Source of the DNA: Fontivita pretiosa
Lineage (GTDB): Bacteria; Planctomycetota; Phycisphaerae; Tepidisphaerales; Tepidisphaeraceae
Length of the DNA stretch: 64,000 bases
Direction: 5' to 3'
Assembly (NCBI RefSeq): GCF_050410795.1
Contig: NZ_CP191258.1
Span: forward strand, 1,443,118-1,507,117
In this document: positions 19,539-28,764 of the stretch, one piece after another
Layout of the letters: each line of letters begins with the position of its first letter
How positions within the stretch are numbered: position 1 is the stretch's first letter
The notes under the pieces: model-generated
Databases searched by the model: none
What the model saw: only the letters and a program-made list of their open reading frames with translations
What the model was told of the DNA's origin: nothing
Translations under genes and position numbers: made by a program

Positions 19539-19687
19539 CGCGGTGCAAGGGCAAAGCCGCTGCGGTGCAGGAGATGAGAGTTCCGTGCGACCGAGGCCCT
19601 CGCCGGCTGGCTCATCGTGCGACGTTGCAGCAGAACCATCTGCTGATTCTGCCCTCTGCCCTCATCCCTCTGCCCTCATCCTTGTAT

Positions 19688-20737
19688 TCACTGCGTCGGA
19701 TCCACCCGATGCGTGATGCTTCCCGGCGGCGGACAGACGAATTCCCTGATCGGCCGCGGCTCGAGCTTCGCCGGGTCGATCACCACATGCCCGATCGTCC
19801 GCCGCTTGAACGTGTAGGCGATGTGCACCAGTCCGTCGGCCGTCTGGATCACGCACGGATACGAGTATTGTCCGGGCGGCTCGTCCTGGATGATCGCGGC
19901 GGCTTGCCAGGTTCTTCCGTCGCGCGAGATCGCCACGTTCAGCGGATACCGCACCTTCTCCAGATTCGAGTGGTTGTAGACCAGCAGGTGCGTCCCGTCG
20001 CGCAGCGTCGTCGCGTCGATCCCGGAGTTGCAGTTGGGCAGGTCGGTCAGCGCCAGCGGCGACCACGTCGCCCCGCCGTCGCGCGACCAGGTCTCGCAGA
20101 TCCGCCCCACCGTCGTCCGCCCCAGCGCCTGAAGAACCGTCTGCGAATGGATCAGGATCGTCGGCTGCGTTGCCTTGGGGATGATCGAGCGGTCCTGCTC
20201 GACCCAGGGCATCGCCGACCACGTGTTGCCGTTGTCTGTGCTGCACTCAAAATACAGGCGCCAACCGGATTCCGATTCAACGCTCGTCGGGACCAGGATC
20301 ATGCTGCTCTCAAGCTGCACCGGCTTGTTCTTCGCCGGGCCGATGAGGTTTGGCCCGACGCGCCGGGCGGCGCTCCACGTGTGCCCTTCGTCGCCGGATC
20401 GTTTGAGCATGCCCCACCACTTCGACGGCGACGGCCCGACCTTGTAGAACAGCAGCATCGGGCCATTGCGGGGCTTGAACAGCACCGGGTTCCAGCAGGG
20501 ATAGCGCGAGCCATCCGGCTCGATTCCCTCGGCGGTCAGCACCGGCGCCGACCATCGCCCGTCGCGCAGGTGGCAGGTCCAGATCGACGCATCGGGCTTG
20601 CCCTCGCCGCTGCCACCAAAAAACGCCGCCACGACATGCCCGGGCGCCGGCTCGCATAGCGTCGCCGCATGACACGACGGAAACGGCGCCGTGCCGATCT
20701 CGTAGATGAACCCGCTGTGGATGATGCCTGCTTTCAT
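19688..20737 (-). CDS. BNR/Asp-box repeat sialidase-like (GH33-like) beta-propeller protein
   Basis: Four Asp-box motifs SxDxGxTW (SGDEGHTW, STDNGNTW, SRDGGATW, SRDGRTW); start at MKAGII. Confidence 0.8.
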   Translation of the reverse strand: MKAGIIHSGFIYEIGTAPFPSCHAATLCEPAPGHVVAAFFGGSGEGKPDASIWTCHLRDGRWSAPVLTAEGIEPDGSRYPCWNPVLFKPRNGPMLLFYKVGPSPSKWWGMLKRSGDEGHTWSAARRVGPNLIGPAKNKPVQLESSMILVPTSVESESGWRLYFECSTDNGNTWSAMPWVEQDRSIIPKATQPTILIHSQTVLQALGRTTVGRICETWSRDGGATWSPLALTDLPNCNSGIDATTLRDGTHLLVYNHSNLEKVRYPLNVAISRDGRTWQAAAIIQDEPPGQYSYPCVIQTADGLVHIAYTFKRRTIGHVVIDPAKLEPRPIREFVCPPPGSITHRVDPTQ

Positions 20738-20787
20738 TGCTGAACAAACTTCGCACACCCTCTGCGCAATATCGTCAAGACACGCAA

Positions 20788-22518
20788 TCAGCCCTGCTTC
20801 GCTATCGTGCTGAGCGTATCCACGTTGTTGTTCAGGTCCTTCCAGTCCACCTTCTTCGTGGGATCGATGTTATGGATGAACTTCTCGATGTTGGTGTAGC
20901 CGTCGCCGTTGAGGTCGCCGCTGGCGTCGGAGGCGTCGTTGGGGTTCAATCCGTACTTTGTCTCCCACTCATCGGGCATGCCGTCGCTGTCGCTGTCCTT
21001 GTACGGCGTGCCCTGGTATTGCGGATAACCTCCGACGTCGCGCGGATCGGTGATGATGCCCTTCTCGACCAGAGCGGCGATTCGCTGGATCACCTCATCG
21101 CGATAGCCGACCTTGCTCAGCTCCTCGGCCAGGTTCATGCTCGGCTTGGCGCTGACCCGGCCGCTGCGCACCATCTCGACGACGCGCTGATCGACCGCAT
21201 CGCGCCTGGGCAGCGTGGCGCCGGCGTTGGCGAGCACTTTTTCGAACGCTTCGGCGGCGGTGTCGATCGGCGGCGCCGGGGGCATGGGCAGCGGCTGTTT
21301 GGCGCGCGCTTTGGGCAAATTGGCCTGGGCGCGCCGGGCGGCCTCGGGGTCGCGGGCGGCGTCGTCCTCGTCCATGTGCTGCACGCCGCCGGCCCAGTTG
21401 TCCGCCGTCACCTTCTCGTTGCCTTCGACGATGTTGCCTTCAACGTAGAAGTTGGGCCTCACCTCGCGATCCGTCCGCTCCAGCCCCTCGCGCTGCACGA
21501 TGCGGTAGCCGACGGCCTGGTCCTTGGGCGTGGCCGGGCCGGGCTTGTAGTAGCAGTTGATCACGTTGACGGTGTTTCCCCCGCCAGCCCCATCCATCGT
21601 CCGGTGCCGCCAGTTGAACAACACGTTGTTGACCCAGTTGAAGTCGCCGGTCATGCCGATGCTGGGATTTCGTCCTGTATTGCAGGCATAGAGATTGTGG
21701 TGGAACAGCGTATTCCGCCCGCCCAGCGTGCTGCCGAACGCGTGATTGTAGGTGTTCAATCCCTCGCTGGAGATCGACCACTGGATGGTGAGGTTGACGG
21801 TGGGCAGCTTCTGTGCCCGCCCGCCGTCGGGCGGCTGATACATGTGCCGGTACATCGACATGTTCTCATCCAGTCCCCAGCTCGCCGACACGTGATCGAT
21901 GATCACGTTGCCGACGGGATTTCCGCCCAGCGAGTCGTTGCGATCGCCGACCCAGGTGTTTCCGCGGCGGAAGCGCATGTGGCGGATGACCACATCGTGG
22001 GTTTCGATTTCGACGGTGTCGCCGGCGATGCACACGCCGTCGCCCGGCGCCGTGTTGCCGGCGATGGTGATGTACGGCGCGCGGATGCGGATGCGGTCTT
22101 TCAATCGGATGATGCCGGCGACATTGAAGACGACGATGCGCGGCCCGCCGGCTTCCAGCGCTTCACGGAAGGTTCCGGGGCCGGAGTCTTCAAGGGATGT
22201 CACGACGTACACCTTTCCGCCGCGACCGCCAAAGCTGTACATCCCTCCGCCCCAGGCGCCGGGGAAGGCAGGGATGCTGGCCTGCGGCAGATCCTGCGGT
22301 CGCGCAGCCCAAGGAATATACGGCTTGCCTTTGGTTTCCCAGTCCTTGATGACCGGCAGCGCGCGGGCGAAGGCTTCGTCGCTGCGCTGGTCGGAGGCGG
22401 CGCGGCGCGCGTTGGCCTCGGCCTCGAGCTGTGGCGAAAGCGTCGGGTATTGTGCAAACGTTAAGCCGCCTGCAAAAAGCCATGTGGCCACAAGCGCGCA
22501 CAGGAACGATCTTGTCAT
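20788..22518 (-). CDS. Secreted pectate-lyase-fold (right-handed beta-helix) protein with C-terminal Ca-binding Asp-rich repeats
   Basis: Signal peptide; beta-helix NxxxN/WxDH-like stretches (IIDHVSASWGLDEN); C-terminal DSDGMPDEWE...DLNGDGYTN dockerin/TSP3-like Ca loops. Confidence 0.75.
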   Translation of the reverse strand: MTRSFLCALVATWLFAGGLTFAQYPTLSPQLEAEANARRAASDQRSDEAFARALPVIKDWETKGKPYIPWAARPQDLPQASIPAFPGAWGGGMYSFGGRGGKVYVVTSLEDSGPGTFREALEAGGPRIVVFNVAGIIRLKDRIRIRAPYITIAGNTAPGDGVCIAGDTVEIETHDVVIRHMRFRRGNTWVGDRNDSLGGNPVGNVIIDHVSASWGLDENMSMYRHMYQPPDGGRAQKLPTVNLTIQWSISSEGLNTYNHAFGSTLGGRNTLFHHNLYACNTGRNPSIGMTGDFNWVNNVLFNWRHRTMDGAGGGNTVNVINCYYKPGPATPKDQAVGYRIVQREGLERTDREVRPNFYVEGNIVEGNEKVTADNWAGGVQHMDEDDAARDPEAARRAQANLPKARAKQPLPMPPAPPIDTAAEAFEKVLANAGATLPRRDAVDQRVVEMVRSGRVSAKPSMNLAEELSKVGYRDEVIQRIAALVEKGIITDPRDVGGYPQYQGTPYKDSDSDGMPDEWETKYGLNPNDASDASGDLNGDGYTNIEKFIHNIDPTKKVDWKDLNNNVDTLSTIAKQG

Positions 22519-22705
22519 GCCCTCAAACTCCTGTTGCTGATGGAGCCAGTCTGCGTTCCCGACGGCTGCGCGTCAAATCTCCGCCGCGGCGGCACAGTCG
22601 CACGAGTCCTGTGCAGAAACACGCCACTCTGTGACACGGGCGTCTCGCCGGTGCGGGCGATCAGACCATGTGCGGGATGCCCGTGAAAAAAAAGGCGCGA
22701 AGTGG

Positions 22706-22749
22706 AAGAAAAACGTCGCGGGCGTCCTGGTGAGCGGGACGTCCGCGAC
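22706..22749 (-). terminator. Rho-independent terminator downstream of fusA
   Basis: 13-bp GC-rich inverted repeat GTCGCGGACGTCC/GGACGCCCGCGAC (1 mismatch), 9-nt loop, followed by GUUUUUCUUCC on the minus-strand transcript. Confidence 0.5.
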
Positions 22750-22775
22750 AGTTGCTCTGCGGTGCCGCGATCGGC

Positions 22776-24911
22776 TCATCCAACTTCCTGGAGAATGGCA
22801 TTCTTGACCTGAGCCGGAACCGGAGCGTACTTCAGCGGCTCCATGACGCTGGTGGCGCGGCCCTGGGTCATGCTGCGCAGCTCGGTGGTGTAGCCGAACA
22901 TCTCGCTCAGCGGCACTTCGGCCTCGATGATCCGCACGTTGCCACGCTTTTCGGAGTTGACGATGACCCCACGGCGGCGGTTCAGGTCGCCGGTGACATT
23001 GCCGACGAACTCTTCGGGTGTGGTGACGACGACCCTCATGATCGGCTCCAGCAGGGTCAGCCCCGCCTTCATGGCCGCCTCGCGAAGGGCAAGCTGTCCG
23101 GCCAGCTCGAAGGCGATCTGCGAGCTATCGACCGGATGGTAGCTGCCGTCCACAAGTGAGACCTTGATGTTGATCAGGGGGTAGCTGGCCAGCACGCCGG
23201 TCTTGGCGGCCATTCGCACGCCGTACTCCACGGAGGGGATGAACTCCTTGGGGATCGCCCCGCCGAAGATCTTGTTTTCGAACGCCACCCCATCGCGCCA
23301 GTTCCATTTCTTGAGGGTTTCCGGATCCACGCCGGTGCCGTCGAACGGCTCGATGTTGATCACCACGTCGCCGTACTGGCCACGTCCGCCGGTCTGCTTG
23401 ACGTGCTTGCCGCGGACGTTGGTCGCCACGCCGGTGATCGTCTCCTTGTACGCGACCTTGGGCTTGCCCACCAGCACATCCACCTTCATGTCGCGCACGA
23501 GCTTGTTGCGGAGGATTTCCAGGTGCAACTCGCCCATGCCTGCGATGATCGTCTGCCCGGTCTCCTCGTCGTAGTTGGCCTGGAAGGTCGGGTCCTCGCG
23601 CTTCAGGATCGTCAGGGCCTCGCCGAGCTTCTGCTTGTCGGCGGCGGTCTTGGGCTCGATGGACATGCTGATGACCGGCTCGGGGAAAGTGGGCCGTTCG
23701 AGGATGATCGGGTGGTCCGGGTCGCACAGCGTGTCGCCGGTGAGCGCGTCTTTGACGCCGATACACGCGACGATATCGCCGGCCTCGGCAACGTCGATGG
23801 GGATGCGATCCGCCGCGTGCATCTGGAACATTCGCGAGATATTCTCCTTCTTGCCGCGGTTGGCGTTGAGCACACGGCTGCCCTTTTCCAGCCGCCCGGA
23901 GTAGACCCGCACGTAAGTCAGATCGCCGTGCTGGTCACTGACGATTTTGAATACCAGCCCGCAGAACGGCTCATCGGGCGAAGGCTTTCGCTCGATGATC
24001 TTGTCCGGATCCTTCACGTCATGTCCCTTGACCGGGGGCAGGTCCAGGGGCGACGGCAGGTAATCGATCACGCCATCCAGCAGGCGCTGGATGCCGACGT
24101 AGCGCAGCGCCGAGCCACAGAACACGGGATGAACCTTGAAGGCGATCGTGCCCTTTCGCAGGGCCGCGCGAATCTCCTGTTCGGTGATCGTGTTCGGATC
24201 GGTCAGGTACTTGTCGGTCAGATGGTCATCCAGCTCCGCGACCTTTTCCAGCAGCAGATGCCGCCAGTGTTCGTATCGCTCGCGCTCTTCCTCGGGGATG
24301 GGTTTTTCGATCTGCGTGCGGCCCTTGTCCTTCTCGTCGGCGACGTTGTAGTAGATCGCCACGCCGCGGATCAGGTCGATGATGCCCTTGAAGGTGTTGC
24401 TCTGTCCGATGGGCAGTTGCACGGCAACGGCCGGGGCGCCCAGGCGTTCAACGATGCTGTTGAAGCTGAAGTCAAAGTCGGCGCCCAGCTTGTCCATTTT
24501 GTTGATGAAGCAGATGCGCGGCACGTTGTACTTGGTCGCCTGCCGCCAGACGGTTTCGGACTGCGCCTCGACGCCTTCTTTTCCATCGAAGACGGCGATA
24601 GCGCCGTCGAGCACGCGAAGCGACCGCTCGACTTCAACGGTGAAGTCCACGTGACCGGGAGTGTCGATCAGGTTGATGGTGTATCGCTCGCCGTTGCGGT
24701 CCCAGGGGCAGGTGGTGGCGGCGGACTGGATGGTGATGCCGCGCTTCTGCTCTTCTTCCAGGAAGTCCATGACGGCGGTGCCTTCGTGGACCTCGCCCAT
24801 CTTGTGGATCTTCCCGGTGTAATAAAGGATGCGCTCCGAGACGGTGGTTTTGCCCGCGTCGATGTGGGCGCAAATGCCAATGTTGCGAATTTTGGTCAGA
24901 TCGCGTGCCAT
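22776..24911 (-). CDS. fusA: Elongation factor G
   Basis: [10 protein letters not shown]1, DTPGHVDF G3 and NKMD G4 motifs; full EF-G domains II-V. ATG (MARDLTK) chosen over the alternative GTG start; not adjacent to rpsL/rpsG/tuf. Confidence 0.95.
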   Translation of the reverse strand: MARDLTKIRNIGICAHIDAGKTTVSERILYYTGKIHKMGEVHEGTAVMDFLEEEQKRGITIQSAATTCPWDRNGERYTINLIDTPGHVDFTVEVERSLRVLDGAIAVFDGKEGVEAQSETVWRQATKYNVPRICFINKMDKLGADFDFSFNSIVERLGAPAVAVQLPIGQSNTFKGIIDLIRGVAIYYNVADEKDKGRTQIEKPIPEEERERYEHWRHLLLEKVAELDDHLTDKYLTDPNTITEQEIRAALRKGTIAFKVHPVFCGSALRYVGIQRLLDGVIDYLPSPLDLPPVKGHDVKDPDKIIERKPSPDEPFCGLVFKIVSDQHGDLTYVRVYSGRLEKGSRVLNANRGKKENISRMFQMHAADRIPIDVAEAGDIVACIGVKDALTGDTLCDPDHPIILERPTFPEPVISMSIEPKTAADKQKLGEALTILKREDPTFQANYDEETGQTIIAGMGELHLEILRNKLVRDMKVDVLVGKPKVAYKETITGVATNVRGKHVKQTGGRGQYGDVVINIEPFDGTGVDPETLKKWNWRDGVAFENKIFGGAIPKEFIPSVEYGVRMAAKTGVLASYPLINIKVSLVDGSYHPVDSSQIAFELAGQLALREAAMKAGLTLLEPIMRVVVTTPEEFVGNVTGDLNRRRGVIVNSEKRGNVRIIEAEVPLSEMFGYTTELRSMTQGRATSVMEPLKYAPVPAQVKNAILQEVG

Positions 24912-24923
24912 ATGCACTCCGAA

Positions 24924-24988
24924 GTTGCCAGTCTACCAGTTGCCAGCCGCCGCTGTTGCCATTGAACTGGCAACTGGCAACTGACAAC
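24924..24988 (-). promoter_or_regulatory. Cluster of six GTTGCCA/TGGCAAC heptamers in the fusA 5' leader, including the hairpin GTTGCCAttgaaCTGGCAAC
   Basis: Three direct heptamers followed by three in inverted orientation within 65 bp, 13-80 nt upstream of the fusA ATG. Confidence 0.3.
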
Positions 24989-25812
24989 TCCTCAAAACAC
25001 GAAACCCGCCGAGGCCTCTCCGCGGCAATCGTCGATTCCGTTGGCGACTACCGCCCCGACCGATGCGGTCGGGAGCGCGGCCTCTGCGGGTTGGTGCTCA
25101 GCTTCCGGATGTCGCGCTTCCACGAAGCTCGCTGCACGGTCGGCACTCGCCGCTAACGGTTGCTCATGCCGACCACTTCACGGCGCTTCGGTCAGCATGA
25201 GCCATCAGTCAGGCTCAATCTTCACACCTGCTCCTTTGCCTTATGCCTGTGTGCTGGTGCGTTGACACACCCGCCGTTATCAAAGGCAACCGCTGCGGCG
25301 CAGTCAACGCGCGGGGCGTAATTTAGCGTTCAACGCAAGTCCGTCAAGCCGAAACTTCGACACTTCGACGTCTTGGCGCGCTGCCGCCAGCTTCTGGCCT
25401 GATCGGATTCAGTGCACCTTGCGATTAGAACCAGGCGGAATTGACCCTGCGCGCTACTCGCAGCGAGCGATCCAACAGCATCACCCTCCCCAACCGTTTT
25501 TTAGCTAAAAACCTGCTACGACAAAAAGTCGTAAAGGTTCGTGAAAGTGATCACAAATTCTTTTCATATAGTAACTTAGGCAATTTGACCCTCCCGGTAT
25601 TTTGGCTAATCATTTGATAGATGACGACCGATATCTATCCCGTAATCGGTCGATCCCGAGCCGGCTGGCGACGAGTCGGTCGCACCCTCCTTCATCGGGC
25701 TCGCGGGCTGGGGATGGGCCAACTCCTGCTCGGCGCAGGCCAGATGCTGAGCAACGCCGTCCGCGGCCTGACGCGCCTTTCCAAGGTCCGGGCCGCCAGT
25801 TGGAAGGGCATC

Positions 25813-28029
25813 ATGGACCGTCTCGCGTTCGCCGTCATCTTCCTCTTGGCCATCGGATTGTGGGTTCAACCGTATCTTACTGGTCGGGGAAACTCTCAGC
25901 CGGCCGTGGCGCGATACGTCGATAACCCCCTGCCACAGGTGGAACCAACCGCCGAGATCCCCGCCTCGCAGAACAACGAGGAGCCTGCACCGCTCGCCAA
26001 GGCAGTCGAGCCGCAGCCCAGGCAGGTGAATCTGGATCCGTCTTCCCTGACGGTGCTGCGTGGCAAGCAAGGCTTCTGGCGACTGGGGCAGACTGCCTCG
26101 GGTGTCTGGTGGTTTGTCTCTCCGGACAATCGCCTGGAGTTCCTCAATACCGTCACGACGGTTCAACCCTATCAATGGGGGCGGGACAAAACCGGCATTC
26201 ACTACGTCTCGCGCGACTTTGATGGTCCAGTCGGCGGGCCGGGTGATCTGCACGCCTGGGCAACCAAAACCGCCCAACGCGTGCTGAACATGGGCTTCAA
26301 GGGCCTGGGCGCCTGGTGCCATCCCGAGTTCCACAAGCTCGACATCCCGATGACCCGAGACCTGAATCTGTGGACCTGGATCCCGCACGAGAGCAAACGC
26401 CTGTACTCACCGGGCTGGATTCCCGCCGCTGAGCACGCCATCAAGACCCAGGTTGAGCCGCTGGCGAACAACGTCAATCTCATCGGGTATTTCATCGACA
26501 ACGAGCTGGACTGGGGCGACAGCGGCGCCGGACCCAGCCAGTACTTCGATAACCTTCCCGCCGACGATCCCAACCGCCAGCAGGTCGTCAAGGTCATCCG
26601 CTCCGTCTGGGCAAGCCTGGAAGATTTCAACCGCGACTGGGGCGTGGAGCTGACGGACTGGAAAGATCTGGATACATGGCAGAAGCTGCCGCATGAGCAG
26701 CCGCAGGCGTACAGCCGGCTGTTCAGCGCCTGGCTGTCGCAACTGGCAGCCGACTACTTCCGCATCACCTGCGGGCTGATCCGCAAGTACGATCCGAACC
26801 ACCTGATCCTTGGCGTGCGCTTCCGCGGCTACGCGCCGCGCGAGGTTGTCCGCGCCAGCCGCGACCTCACCGATGCCCAGTCGATCAACTACTACGTCTC
26901 CGACGCGCGCCTCGACGCCGAGATGTTCAACATGATGTACGAGCAATCCGGCCAGCCGCTGCTGATCACCGAGTACTCCTTCCATGCGCTGGACGGCCGC
27001 AGCGGCAACCGCAACACCGTCGGCTTCGCGGCGCAGGTGCTGGATCAACAGGCCCGCGCTGATGCCTATCGCCTGTTCACCACCCGCGCGGCTCGCGTGC
27101 CTTACATCGTCGGCGTCGATTGGTTCCAGTGGAGCGATGAACCGCCAAGCGGACGCTCCAGCGACGGCGAGGACGTGAACTTCGGCGTCGTCGATGTGGA
27201 CGACGTGCCCTATGAGCTGCTGGCCGAGAGCATTCGCAAGACCGGCCCGATGCTCAACCCGCTGCATGCTAACGCCAACGCCGACGCCACCGCACAGGCC
27301 GACGTCTGGCGCGAGAGCTTCGCCAACAAACCCGTCATGCACGTGCCATACCTGGCCAAGCCGATCAACCTCAACGGCGAGCTGAGCGACTGGTCGATGG
27401 CGTCAAAGCTCATGGGCGTGCGGCACTCGCAGACCGTCGGCCTGGAACGATCCAAGCTCCCGCTGCCCAACGTGTTCCTGGGGTGGAACGACAACGGGCT
27501 GTACCTGGCGATGGAAGTCTTCGACAATGACATCCACGGCGCGCCGGCGCACGGCTGGTGGTGGACTCGAGACTTCGCCGAGTTCTGGATCTCCACCCGA
27601 CCGGTCGCTTCCGACCAGAACAGCTACGATGTCTACTCCCACCAGTTCTTCTTCGTGCCCAACGCCTGGCCCGGCGAGGACGGGCGGCTGGGCATCGCCG
27701 GCCAGTGGCATCGCCCCGGCGACGCGTTGAAGGATCATCTCATTCCGCACCCGGATATCCGCACCGCCGTGCGTGTCCTGCCCGATCGCTATGTCGTCGA
27801 GATGCTCATTCCCGCCAGCGCGTTGAACGGCTTTGATCCGCGCAACCAGCCGGCGATGGCGTTCAACATCCACGTGCGCAACTTCCAGCACGCCACCGAC
27901 TACTTCTGGTCGGCCCCCAAGGAAGTGATGACCCAGCTCCGCCCCAACACCTGGGGGCTGATGTACCTGAGCACCGATCAGCCCGCCAACATCGCCCAAT
28001 CAGCGCCGCTGAAGCCCGACGCCCAGTAA
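25813..28029 (+). CDS. Secreted glycoside-hydrolase-like TIM-barrel protein with C-terminal CBM9-like carbohydrate-binding domain
   Basis: Signal peptide MDRLAFAVIFLLAIGLWV with a GGAAGGG RBS; central GH-like region (ITEYSFHALD...VDWFQWSDEP); C-terminal ~200 aa aromatic-rich CBM9/DOMON-like. An alternative in-frame ATG lies at 25621. Confidence 0.65.
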   Translation: MDRLAFAVIFLLAIGLWVQPYLTGRGNSQPAVARYVDNPLPQVEPTAEIPASQNNEEPAPLAKAVEPQPRQVNLDPSSLTVLRGKQGFWRLGQTASGVWWFVSPDNRLEFLNTVTTVQPYQWGRDKTGIHYVSRDFDGPVGGPGDLHAWATKTAQRVLNMGFKGLGAWCHPEFHKLDIPMTRDLNLWTWIPHESKRLYSPGWIPAAEHAIKTQVEPLANNVNLIGYFIDNELDWGDSGAGPSQYFDNLPADDPNRQQVVKVIRSVWASLEDFNRDWGVELTDWKDLDTWQKLPHEQPQAYSRLFSAWLSQLAADYFRITCGLIRKYDPNHLILGVRFRGYAPREVVRASRDLTDAQSINYYVSDARLDAEMFNMMYEQSGQPLLITEYSFHALDGRSGNRNTVGFAAQVLDQQARADAYRLFTTRAARVPYIVGVDWFQWSDEPPSGRSSDGEDVNFGVVDVDDVPYELLAESIRKTGPMLNPLHANANADATAQADVWRESFANKPVMHVPYLAKPINLNGELSDWSMASKLMGVRHSQTVGLERSKLPLPNVFLGWNDNGLYLAMEVFDNDIHGAPAHGWWWTRDFAEFWISTRPVASDQNSYDVYSHQFFFVPNAWPGEDGRLGIAGQWHRPGDALKDHLIPHPDIRTAVRVLPDRYVVEMLIPASALNGFDPRNQPAMAFNIHVRNFQHATDYFWSAPKEVMTQLRPNTWGLMYLSTDQPANIAQSAPLKPDAQ

Positions 28030-28057
28030 CTCCTGCTCATCTTTCATCGTTCTGGCT

Positions 28058-28651
28058 TCATCCTTCATTCCTTTCCTTCCCGCAACCTTCCGGCACGTAG
28101 TTCCCGGTCGATAACAGCAGTTTGAATGCCTCCTCGGACGTGAGCGCGGTCATCCGCGCCTTGTTCCGCGCCGCGAAATACAGCTTGCCCTGAATCGGAT
28201 TCGGCGCGTTGGGCACGAAGACACAGATCGTGTCGGGGTCTCCTGGAATACCTTGCCCGCTGGTGAAGCCCAGCGTGCGCATCTGCCCGGTCTCATCGGG
28301 CACGAGCACGACCCTGGCGAACATGCCTTCCCCGCCGCCGGGTGTCAGCGATATTTGCTTCCACGCCCGGTAGATCGGCTTGATGACCGGCAGGCGTTCC
28401 AGCAGCGCGTCGATCTTCGCCAGGGCCCATTTGCCGATCGAGAGCGTGACGAGGACGCCGACGACATAGACCGCGACGATCGCGATCAGCGCTCCGAGGA
28501 ACGGGATCGGCTTGCCAAACAGGTAATTCGAGATCCCGCGCGTCCACGCATCGACCTGCACGATCAGGAAGATCGTGATCGCCACAGGCAGAGCCGCGAA
28601 GATTCCCGCCAAAAACGTGTTGCGAAGATGCGTCTGAAATCGCCTTTGCAT
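28058..28651 (-). CDS. DUF502-family membrane protein
   Basis: Two N-terminal TM helices and a conserved PLVK/PIYRxW-type motif (LPVIKPIYRAWKQ); internal ATG start chosen because the tool start is an alternative TTG. Confidence 0.6.
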   Translation of the reverse strand: MQRRFQTHLRNTFLAGIFAALPVAITIFLIVQVDAWTRGISNYLFGKPIPFLGALIAIVAVYVVGVLVTLSIGKWALAKIDALLERLPVIKPIYRAWKQISLTPGGGEGMFARVVLVPDETGQMRTLGFTSGQGIPGDPDTICVFVPNAPNPIQGKLYFAARNKARMTALTSEEAFKLLLSTGNYVPEGCGKERNEG

Positions 28652-28764
28652 GGTGGGGATTGTTCTGGCCCGAAGCCGGATCTGCAACGCGCGATGCTCC
28701 GCGCCTGGCGTAAACGATGGACCGACTCGTGGCGAATCCCGGCGTGTTTTCTATACTGTCCGCC

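Larger units (their letters stand above)
15093..19540 (+). repeat. Tandem array: 2.87 copies of a 1550-bp two-gene unit
   Basis: Gene starts at 15365/16915/18465 and 16457/18007 differ by exactly 1550 bp; flanks are unique. Confidence 0.9.

Noticed and set aside
15093-19540. CRISPR array or IS element as explanation for the direct repeats
   Set aside because: Repeat unit is 1550 bp and fully coding with no short repeat-spacer periodicity; no transposase/integrase ORF or terminal inverted repeats.
20737-22464. 575-aa plus ORF
   Set aside because: Antisense to the pectate-lyase gene; V/G/A/D-rich.
24918-25000. Possible sigma-54 (-24 TGGCAC / -12 TTGC) promoter suggested by the TGGCAAC repeats
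   Set aside because: No TTGC at the correct 4-5 nt spacing after any TGGCA; treated only as a repeat cluster.
25261-25620. tRNA or other structured ncRNA in the AT-rich island
   Set aside because: No T-loop (GTTCRANYC) or acceptor/anticodon arrangement could be traced by eye; tmRNA, RNase P and SRP hallmarks absent.
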